The notes under the pieces: model-generated | The model's input: the letters and a program-made list of their open reading frames with translations, nothing else | Databases searched by the model: none | Told to the model about the DNA's origin: nothing | In this document: positions 56,459 to 64,000 of the stretch, in pieces | Layout of the letters: each line of letters begins with the position of its first letter | Position numbering within the stretch: the first letter of the stretch is position 1 | Source: Candidatus Latescibacterota bacterium | Lineage (GTDB): Bacteria > Latescibacterota > UBA2968 > UBA8231 | DNA length: 64,000 nt | Assembly (NCBI GenBank): GCA_965203355.1 | Contig: OZ241889.1 | Location: 1,696,001 to 1,760,000 of the forward strand | Direction: 5' to 3' | Position numbers and translations under genes: made by a program

Positions 56459-57496
56459 CTAGTGCCGAGCACAGCCCGGCGAAGGTTTGTTGCTATTGCA
56501 AAAGCGAAAGCGGTCGCGCAGCCCGGTTGACGCCCGGTGCATGAGCTGCCCGTCTCGCGCAAAGAAAATAAGGCCCTCGACATCCGTTAGACCCTCGACG
56601 AGTGCCAGCCCTCGCTCAGGCCCTAAGACGAAGACCGCGGTCGACAGAATATCGGCGTCGAGGGCGGTCGCGGTCCACACGGTGGCACTGATGCTCGCCC
56701 GCGCAGGATAGCCGGTCTTGGGGTCGAGCAGATGGTGATAGCGCGTGCCCTCCCAGTCAAAGTACTGCTCGTAGTCGCCGGAGGTCGCGATCGCCGCGAG
56801 CCCGAGATCGGCTACTGCTAGGTATTGCGCTGGGTCGCGTGGGTGCTGCACGCCAAAGAGCCACGCCCGCCCGTCCGGCTTTTCGCCCCAATAGCGAATG
56901 TCGCCCCCGGCCTCAATCACCCCAGCTTCCACTTGCAACTCCTGCATCGCCGCCACGGCTTGATCGACCGCGTAGCCTTTGGCGGCTGCTCCCAGATCCA
57001 ACCGAAGCCCCGGCTTGTTGATCCGCAACGAATGGGCCGCCACTTCTAACCCTTCGTAGCCCACCAGCGTCAGGGCCGAATCAATCTGCGCTGGCGCGGG
57101 CGGTGCTACCGCAGCGGGGAAGTTCCACAGACTCGTCAAGGCTCCCACCGTGCAGTCAAAAGCTCCATCGGTCAAGGCGGCGAAGTGCTGGCTGCGCGTC
57201 AAGACCGCAAGCAGCCCGGCCGGGCCGGGTGTTGGGGCGCGTCGCGCTTGCTGTTCTAGCCGCCGCAAGGCTCCATCCTCGCGGTAGTGACTCATCGCCG
57301 AATCGACGCGGGCGATCTCGGCGTACGCCGCCTCTAGGTGTGGGCGAACCACGGCTTCGTCGCCGTAGAGTTTGACCGTGACGAGTGTGCCCAACAAGAG
57401 GCGGTCGGTGCGCACCGGCGCGGCGGGCCGGGGCGACGGCAGAAAGTACAGGACCACGGCCAAACCGCCGATGGCCAGCAGGCTGCGCTTGAGCAT
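56459..57496 (-). CDS. apbE: FAD:protein FMN transferase ApbE
   Basis: GAFDCTVG, DLGAAAKGYAVD, ATSGDYE, HHLLDPKTG, ADILSTA. Confidence 0.9.
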   Translation of the reverse strand: MLKRSLLAIGGLAVVLYFLPSPRPAAPVRTDRLLLGTLVTVKLYGDEAVVRPHLEAAYAEIARVDSAMSHYREDGALRRLEQQARRAPTPGPAGLLAVLTRSQHFAALTDGAFDCTVGALTSLWNFPAAVAPPAPAQIDSALTLVGYEGLEVAAHSLRINKPGLRLDLGAAAKGYAVDQAVAAMQELQVEAGVIEAGGDIRYWGEKPDGRAWLFGVQHPRDPAQYLAVADLGLAAIATSGDYEQYFDWEGTRYHHLLDPKTGYPARASISATVWTATALDADILSTAVFVLGPERGLALVEGLTDVEGLIFFARDGQLMHRASTGLRDRFRFCNSNKPSPGCARH

Positions 57497-57508
57497 GAGC
57501 TAGTCGCG

Positions 57509-58477
57509 TCAATTGCTGCGTTCGACGACGAGTTGGACGGCTTGTTCTAGCGCGACTCGGGCCGGGGAAGGGGCCAGAACTTTTAGACATTGCTGAGCTT
57601 GGGCGGCGTATTCGCGTGCGGTCTCGGTGGCGGCGGCGACTCCTCGGTGTTCTTCGACAAAGGCTACGATCTGCGCCCATTCGGCTTCGTCTTTGTCGGG
57701 CCGGGCCAAAAGGGCTTCCATCTCGGACCGAGCCGCTAAAGGGGCTTGCTGTAAGGCGCGTATCAATGGCAAGGTGATCTTGCCTTCGCGCAGGTCGTGC
57801 CCGACGGGCTTGCCCATGGTCGCCTGATCGCTGGTGAGGTCGAGGATGTCGTCGGCGACTTGGAAGGCGCGGCCCAGCGATTCTCCGTAGCGGCCCATGG
57901 ATTGCGCGATCTCGTCTGATGCGCCGGCGAGAATCGCGCCAATCCGCGTGGCGGCCGAGATCAGGGAAGCCGTTTTGTCGCTGACCATGGCAAAGTACGA
58001 CTCTTCACACGTATCGCGCTGAGTGCCGATCTGGATTTCAAAAATTTCGCCGATGCTCAGCCGCTCGGTGGCGTACGCGACGGCGCTCAGGACCGGCAAA
58101 TTGCCAATCTCGATCAGCAGACGCAGGGCGCGTGCGAGCAGAAAGTCGCCCATGAGCACGGCGATCTGCCCGGTCCAGCGCTCGTTGACCGTCTCGCGGC
58201 CCCGGCGCACGGTGGCTGAATCCACTACGTCGTCGTGGACCATGGTGGCGGCGTGAATCATTTCGACGGCTACAGCCGTGTCGATTAGCTGTTCGTTCCA
58301 GCGGCCAGACGCTTTAGCCACGAGCAGGATGAGGGCCGGCCGGAGGCGTTTGCCCTTGAGGGTGGCCATGTAGCGGGCAATGACGTGGACCAGCTCGACG
58401 TCGGCGTTGAGTTCGGCGTTGAGCCGCTTTTCAAACCGGGCCAGTTCTTGATCGATAAGACCTATGCAGGGATCCAT
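57509..58477 (-). CDS. polyprenyl diphosphate synthase (IspB/HepT-like)
   Basis: GKRLRP, HDDVVD...RRG, KTA, FQVADDILD, DLREGKITLP. Confidence 0.92.
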   Translation of the reverse strand: MDPCIGLIDQELARFEKRLNAELNADVELVHVIARYMATLKGKRLRPALILLVAKASGRWNEQLIDTAVAVEMIHAATMVHDDVVDSATVRRGRETVNERWTGQIAVLMGDFLLARALRLLIEIGNLPVLSAVAYATERLSIGEIFEIQIGTQRDTCEESYFAMVSDKTASLISAATRIGAILAGASDEIAQSMGRYGESLGRAFQVADDILDLTSDQATMGKPVGHDLREGKITLPLIRALQQAPLAARSEMEALLARPDKDEAEWAQIVAFVEEHRGVAAATETAREYAAQAQQCLKVLAPSPARVALEQAVQLVVERSN

Positions 58478-58617
58478 AAGAAAGGCATCTGCCGAGATTA
58501 AATCACCAGATAAATAGAAAATTTAGAAGCTAAGTATTGAAAATATGCCTGTCAATCTATGCACGGCGTGCTGGCTGAGTTATACTTGTCGCTTCATTGC
58601 AACACGGGGAGACCGCT

Positions 58618-59802
58618 ATGAAAATTACGCAGATCAAGACCTATTTGATGCAGTGTGCACCGCCGCAGTCGAGTGGTTGGTCGGCGCGCAACTGGCTCTT
58701 CGTCAAGGTCGAAACCAATGCTGGCGTCTACGGCGTGGGCGAGGCTTCGGGCTGGCCGCGCGTGGTCGAAACGGCCATACGCGATCTAACGCCTTTGATG
58801 ATCGGCGAAGATCCGTTTCACATCGAGCGGCTGTGGGGCAAAATGCAGGTGGCGATGATGGGGCACGGCATGACCGGCATCGTCGGCTCCGGCGCCATGA
58901 CCGGCATTGAGATGGCCTTGTGGGACATCAAGGGCAAGGCCCTTGGGCAGCCGGTGTGGAATCTCTTGGGCGGCAAAATGCGCGACCGGGTGCGGGTCTA
59001 TGCCCACGCGCATGAAACAGAGCGGGCACGCGCCTTGGTCGATCAAGGCTACACGGCGATCAAGACTGGGGGAATCAACAACTGCGTCGAAACGGTCGCC
59101 GCCCTCCGCAAAGAAGTCGGTGCCGAGGTCGATCTCATGGTCGATGTCCACGGCCCGCCTTGGCTGACGACGCGCGACGCCATTGCCTTGGGGCGCGCGC
59201 TTGAAGACTACGACTTGCTGTTTTACGAAGATCCGGTAGCCCCTGAAAACATCGACGCCCTCGCTCGGGTGGCCGACGCCGTGGATATTCCCATTGCCGC
59301 GGGCGAACGCCACGCCACCATTTGGGGAGTAAAGGAACTGATCGAGCGCGAAATCATCGACGTGGTACAGCCCGATACGGGCCGCGCTGGCGGGCTATCG
59401 CAGATGAAGAAAATGGCTGCTATGGCCGAGGCGCACTACTGCACGATGGCTCCACACGATGGCTCGTTGGGGCCGGTGGCCGAAATGGCGGCTGTCCACC
59501 TCATGGCCACGCTGCCCAATTTCTTGATCTTGGAACACCTAGCCGACGATGTGCCGCAGCGCTACGAGGTGATGACTGGTCAGCCCGAAGTGATCGACAG
59601 CCATATCGCCGTGCCGGATGCGCCCGGGCTGGGCGTGGACCTGGTCGAGGAGGCGATTGCCCGATATCCGTCGCAGGGCAACATCGCCGCTCCAGATACG
59701 AGCTACGACTATCAGTACGTCCAAACGCGCGTTGGGCGGGCGCTGTGGCTCAGCGAACGAGCAATGCCGCCGCCGGACTATCGGCCCGGCGAAATCTACT
59801 AG
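58618..59802 (+). CDS. mandelate racemase/enolase superfamily acid-sugar dehydratase (DgoD-like)
   Basis: EMALWDIKGK, MVDVHG, YEDP, AAGER, QPD, PGLGV. Confidence 0.85.
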   Translation: MKITQIKTYLMQCAPPQSSGWSARNWLFVKVETNAGVYGVGEASGWPRVVETAIRDLTPLMIGEDPFHIERLWGKMQVAMMGHGMTGIVGSGAMTGIEMALWDIKGKALGQPVWNLLGGKMRDRVRVYAHAHETERARALVDQGYTAIKTGGINNCVETVAALRKEVGAEVDLMVDVHGPPWLTTRDAIALGRALEDYDLLFYEDPVAPENIDALARVADAVDIPIAAGERHATIWGVKELIEREIIDVVQPDTGRAGGLSQMKKMAAMAEAHYCTMAPHDGSLGPVAEMAAVHLMATLPNFLILEHLADDVPQRYEVMTGQPEVIDSHIAVPDAPGLGVDLVEEAIARYPSQGNIAAPDTSYDYQYVQTRVGRALWLSERAMPPPDYRPGEIY

Positions 59803-60914
59803 GCGTATAGCTTACCGGGATTGAAGATGCCTTGTGGGTCGAGGGCGTGCTTGAGCATCTGATTCATGCGCGCTGCGCCGGTGCTGAGCGGGGTAAAGGC
59901 GTCTTCGTTGTGTTCGTCGGCTGCAAAGCGCCAGCCGATGGCTTGGTGGCGTGCGGCGGTGCGATGCAAACGCACGGCTTGGGCGGCCACGGGTAACAAT
60001 GCCCACAGCAAGCCGCCGGCCCAGTCCAGCCCCCAGCGGCTCAGCCCTTCGGCCTCTAGTGCTTTCATTAATTGCGCCATTTTGGTCGGCGGCCCAGCAA
60101 AGCGCCAGCGCTGTTGGTGCGCGGCTGGTACCAGCCATTCAAGCTCGCGCCAGCGCCGCCAGAAGGTGCGCGATTCGGCCTCTTCTATTATCTCCGACTC
60201 GGCTGATGCTTCTACGCGCAACGTTGCTAGCTGGGCCCGCACTGCTGGCTCCGGGCCTTCAACGCGGGCGGCTAGCCGGTCGGCATCGCAGACTAGGCCG
60301 GTGATTTGGAGGGGCCGCGCCGCCCAAGCGAGCATGTGCGCCAACGCCGCAGTGGGCGTCAGTCCGCGAATGAACAGCGTTGCTTGAGTTTCAGGGCGCG
60401 GCCAGACCTTGAGGCAGACTTCGGTAAGCACGCCCAGCGTTCCGAAGGAGCCGGCCAACACTTTGGACAGATCGTAACCTGTGACGTTTTTGACGACTTT
60501 GCCGCCGGTGCGAATGCGCGCGCCGCGGCCGTCGATCAGCTCGGCTCCGAGCAAGTGGTCGCGCAGTGCGCCCATCTTAAAACGCCGCGGCCCTGAGAGG
60601 TTGCAGGCCACGGTGCCGCCGATGGTTGCGGCCGCACCCCAAGCGGGCGGCTCAAAAGCGAGGTACTGGTTTTCGCCGCGGCACAGGGCTTCTATTTTGC
60701 TCAGCGTGGTGCCGGGGCGCGCGACTAGGACTAACTCGTTTGGCTCGTAGCTGATGATGCCGGTCAGAGCGGAGAGGTCGAGAGGGGTTCCTGCGGGGGG
60801 GCGTCCGAGAAAGGATTTGGTGCGGCCGGCAAAAATGTTTAAGGCCGCGTTTTCGGCTAGGGCGCGGCGGACTCGCGCTTGGATGGCGTCGGCTGCGTCG
60901 TCGCCTTGGTGCAT
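59799..60914 (-). CDS. glcE: glycolate oxidase FAD-binding subunit
   Basis: GIISYEPNELV, AFEPP, SGPRR, GGKVVKNVTGYDL, DPQGIFNPG. Confidence 0.85.
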   Translation of the reverse strand: MHQGDDAADAIQARVRRALAENAALNIFAGRTKSFLGRPPAGTPLDLSALTGIISYEPNELVLVARPGTTLSKIEALCRGENQYLAFEPPAWGAAATIGGTVACNLSGPRRFKMGALRDHLLGAELIDGRGARIRTGGKVVKNVTGYDLSKVLAGSFGTLGVLTEVCLKVWPRPETQATLFIRGLTPTAALAHMLAWAARPLQITGLVCDADRLAARVEGPEPAVRAQLATLRVEASAESEIIEEAESRTFWRRWRELEWLVPAAHQQRWRFAGPPTKMAQLMKALEAEGLSRWGLDWAGGLLWALLPVAAQAVRLHRTAARHQAIGWRFAADEHNEDAFTPLSTGAARMNQMLKHALDPQGIFNPGKLYA

Positions 60915-60930
60915 GGGCGCGGAGACTCGC

Positions 60931-61158
60931 TCAGACCTTAATCCCGTTTTCTTTCAGGAACTGATGGACGCCTTTTTTGTTTAAGGTGCGTAGGGCACGG
61001 GCGGTCAGGCGGAGGGTGACGGTGCGGTTTTGCTCGGGAATGAAGATGCGCTTTTTGATGAGATTGGGCTGTTGGACGCGCTTGGTTTTGCGCTGCGAGT
61101 GACTGACGTTGTTGCCAACTAGGCCCTTAACTTGGGTCAGGCTGCATTGTCTGGCCAT
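60931..61158 (-). CDS. rpmB: 50S ribosomal protein L28
   Basis: GNNVSHSQRKTKR..PNL..KR. Confidence 0.95.
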   Translation of the reverse strand: MARQCSLTQVKGLVGNNVSHSQRKTKRVQQPNLIKKRIFIPEQNRTVTLRLTARALRTLNKKGVHQFLKENGIKV

Positions 61159-61305
61159 GAGTGCCTCCCTGTAAGAAACTACAAAACATAGCGGTACTGA
61201 GCCGATAAGTCAATGATGAGAGGCTCTTGACAAAAAGAGGGCCTCGAATGACCTTAAAAATGCCAATCAACGCGATCCAATGACCAATCCCTCCTATACC
61301 ACTTT

Positions 61306-64000
61306 ATGAAATTTAAATGCTGTTTCTCGGTGCTCGCGCTTTTTTGCGGGAGTGCGGCCTTGGCGGAATTGCGCGTAAGCGAACAGACGCCACAACGCCT
61401 GCGGTTGGTTTGGCTCCCCGAAGGCCGAGAATTGGAGCAGGGGCGCAGTGCCTTGGTCGGCGTCCCAACCGACGGACAGGTTCGCGTAGAACGGGTCGAA
61501 GCCCGGGTGGCGCGGACGGATCGCGCCGCTGAAGACGACGCGCCCACGCCCGGGCCGGTCTTTCTCGGCGAAAGCGGATTTGTGCGTCGCCAGCGCGTTG
61601 TTCCGGTGGCGTTTGCCCCGCATGTCGAAGCGGACGGGACGCGAACTCTATACGATCGCATCGTCGTTGATCTACACGTGACCGGCAGCCGCGGCGCGCG
61701 CGTTGCCGACCCTTGGGGCGAGGCGTTTTACCGAGGGCTGCTCGTCAATCCCGAGCAAGCCAAGAACTGGCGCTTGCCACCCAAACGGCGGTCGGCGCGC
61801 AAAGCCGCGTTGCAGGAAGGGACTTGGCTGCGGATTTTCGTCGCAGAAGAGGGGATCTACCGGATATCGGGAGCCGACTTAGCGGCCGCTGGGGTGTCGC
61901 TCGCCGACGTCGATCCCGCGAGTTTGCGCCTGTTCTACGGCGGCGGCAATGTCCTGCCGATCGACGAGATAAACCCGCCCCAAGCGCTGCGGGAAGAGGG
62001 CTTGGTCGTAGAAGACGGGGGCGATGGCCGCTTGGACGCGGACGACTTCTTCTTGTTTTGGGCCGAGCCGGTCAGCCGCTGGGAATACTCGCAAGATAGC
62101 CGCTCGTTTCAGTATCGGCACAATCTCTACACGCGCGAAAACGCGTACTGGCTGGGTTTCGGCGGTGGAGGCGAGGGGCAGCGGGCCGAGCACCGGAGCG
62201 GTGCTCGGGTAGCGTCCGATCCGCTGCAGCCCACGAGTTATCGGGTGCGAATCCACGAGGAAGCCGAGCAGTTCATTCTCATCCAGCTTTATGGCATCAA
62301 GTCCGGCTACACTTGGTACTGGGAGGATTTTCGCGGCAATGCGCGCAATTTCCCGATAGTGGCGCGGCAGGTCGCGCCCGAGCCGGTGGCGGTGCGTTTG
62401 GGCTTTATCGGGGTGCCTGGGACGCAGCCGCGTTTTTCAGTGCGCTGGAACGAAGAGACCATTGGAACAGCGGCTTTTGCGATCCCAGCGGAAGCGGGCC
62501 AGATGCCGGTTACATCGGATACGCTGTGGACGACGCGCGGCGCGCAGGAAGGGCTGAATCACCTGGGGATCTTTCACTCCGGCAATCCGGCGCGCTTCGA
62601 CTGGTATGAGGTCGAATACAGCCGCAACTTTGTCGCCGAGCGCGGCGAATTGCGCTTCACCTATCCGCTGACGAGCACCACCCAATTTCGCCTCGCTGGT
62701 TTTGCCGCCGCCCGGCCGCGCGTCTTTGAGGTGTCGGCGGGGTTGGCCGAGATCGTGGACTTCGAGTACGACGCGCAGGCCGGAACGGTACTTTTTCAGG
62801 ATCGGCCCGGGGAGGTGCCGCGTCATTATGCCGTGGGTGGCCCGGAGGCTTGGAAGCGGCCGGTCCGCCTTGAACTCGACCGGCCCGGCCGCTTGACGAC
62901 TCGGAGCCGGGGCGCTGATTGGGTGGCGATTTACCACCGCGATTTTCGCGCGGCGGCCGAGCGCTTGGCACAATGGCGGGCTGAAGACGACCGCTTCGGG
63001 CCGCCCCTACGGACCATGGCCATCGACGTCCAAGACATCTACGACGAATTTTCCGGGGGCCTTTTAGACCCGGCGGCGATCCGCAATTTTCTCGCCTACG
63101 CGGCCGAGCACTGGGATCCCGCGCCGCTTTTTGTGGCTTTAATCGGCGATGGATCATACGATTACAAAAACAATTCATCTCTCAGTCAGGGCAATTGGAT
63201 TCCGCCCTTCCAAGACGGCGACAGCACCTACGACGAGTGGTACACGCGCGTGGTGGGCGGTGATTTGTACCCCGACATGGCCGTTGGGCGGCTGCCCGTG
63301 CAGACCGCGGCCGAGGCCGATGGGGTCGTCGATAAAATCATCGCCTACGACCGCGCCCCTGAAGCAGGGCCTTGGCAGAGCCGACAGGTACTAGTTTCGG
63401 ACGACTTGCTCAATCGAGACAAGCCGGGCGCGGTCGAGTCGTTCTTCATCAACGATAGCGAAAACATGGCCCGCAACGTCCTGCCCAATTCGTTGGATTT
63501 GATCAAGCTCTACATCGCCCAATTCCCCTTAGAGGGACGGGAGAAACCGCGGGCGCGCGACGAGTTTATTCGGCTTTTCAACGAGAGTGCGCTCACTGTG
63601 ACTTATTTGGGGCACGGCAGCTTTAACGTGCTGGCCCACGAGAGCATGTTCCTGCTCGACCGCGACTTAGACAAGCTCAAAAACGGCGGTCGCCTGCCCT
63701 TGTTCTACACGGCTGCGAGTCAAGTTGGGGTGTTCGACGATCCAGTGCGCATCTCCATGCCCGAAGCACTCCTAAAGAAGGAAGACGGGGGCGTGATCGG
63801 CATGATTTGCGCGACCCGGGTCGGGTGGCACGGCACCAACGTCCAGTTGGCCAACCAGTTCTACTGGCAGATGTACCACACCGGACGGGAACACGTGCCG
63901 ATTGGGCTCGCCCTGTTCGAAGCTAAGCTAGTGCTGCTGCCGAACTATAGCCCCAACGCCGCCAATGCCTACAGTACATTCCGCAATATTCAGCGCTACT
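61306..64000 (+). CDS. PorU-like C25 (gingipain-family) protein, runs off window end
   Basis: Manual translation: signal peptide MKFKCCFSVLALFCGSAALA; GIYRISG, DIYDEFSGG..DPAAIRNFL, LIGDGSYDYKN, VGRLPV, YLGHG. Confidence 0.82.
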   Translation, partial: MKFKCCFSVLALFCGSAALAELRVSEQTPQRLRLVWLPEGRELEQGRSALVGVPTDGQVRVERVEARVARTDRAAEDDAPTPGPVFLGESGFVRRQRVVPVAFAPHVEADGTRTLYDRIVVDLHVTGSRGARVADPWGEAFYRGLLVNPEQAKNWRLPPKRRSARKAALQEGTWLRIFVAEEGIYRISGADLAAAGVSLADVDPASLRLFYGGGNVLPIDEINPPQALREEGLVVEDGGDGRLDADDFFLFWAEPVSRWEYSQDSRSFQYRHNLYTRENAYWLGFGGGGEGQRAEHRSGARVASDPLQPTSYRVRIHEEAEQFILIQLYGIKSGYTWYWEDFRGNARNFPIVARQVAPEPVAVRLGFIGVPGTQPRFSVRWNEETIGTAAFAIPAEAGQMPVTSDTLWTTRGAQEGLNHLGIFHSGNPARFDWYEVEYSRNFVAERGELRFTYPLTSTTQFRLAGFAAARPRVFEVSAGLAEIVDFEYDAQAGTVLFQDRPGEVPRHYAVGGPEAWKRPVRLELDRPGRLTTRSRGADWVAIYHRDFRAAAERLAQWRAEDDRFGPPLRTMAIDVQDIYDEFSGGLLDPAAIRNFLAYAAEHWDPAPLFVALIGDGSYDYKNNSSLSQGNWIPPFQDGDSTYDEWYTRVVGGDLYPDMAVGRLPVQTAAEADGVVDKIIAYDRAPEAGPWQSRQVLVSDDLLNRDKPGAVESFFINDSENMARNVLPNSLDLIKLYIAQFPLEGREKPRARDEFIRLFNESALTVTYLGHGSFNVLAHESMFLLDRDLDKLKNGGRLPLFYTAASQVGVFDDPVRISMPEALLKKEDGGVIGMICATRVGWHGTNVQLANQFYWQMYHTGREHVPIGLALFEAKLVLLPNYSPNAANAYSTFRNIQRY

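Overview
GC-rich bacterial chromosomal window. Gene content (Bacteroidota-type ExbB-ExbD-ExbD-TonB operon, a FlgD/T9SS-type C-terminal sorting domain, a PorU-like C25 peptidase, many singleton sugar-acid, dioxygenase and oxidoreductase genes) suggests an FCB-superphylum organism such as Ca. Latescibacterota, possibly host-associated. That lineage call is inference. Most of the window is housekeeping: accD, nrdR-nrdJ with NrdR boxes, map, topA-xerC, thyA, five tRNAs, cpoB-bamD-nadD-thrC (thrC frameshifted), proA, htpG, ddl, rluD-lspA-dksA-ileS-yggT-yggS, secDF, apbE, a polyprenyl synthase, glcE and rpmB. The most unusual part is 34.8-46.5 kb. (i) A nested, direct-repeat-flanked insertion carries an orphan antitoxin, a 5'-truncated toxin remnant and a heptamer microsatellite. 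(ii) A 1885-aa secreted surface protein with low-GC N-terminal segments is preceded by an IS1-like MITE, a consensus promoter and a ~670-nt leader. An upstream ORF in that leader crosses a C18 tract and a (CAGTGGT)5 array and stops exactly on the start codon of the big gene (TAATG), making it a candidate phase-variation switch. (iii) The gene is followed by a diverged duplicate of its own 3' end and terminator. At the right edge, a PorU-like C25 protein has Ser at the catalytic Cys position. No CRISPR array, prophage or full transposase was seen.
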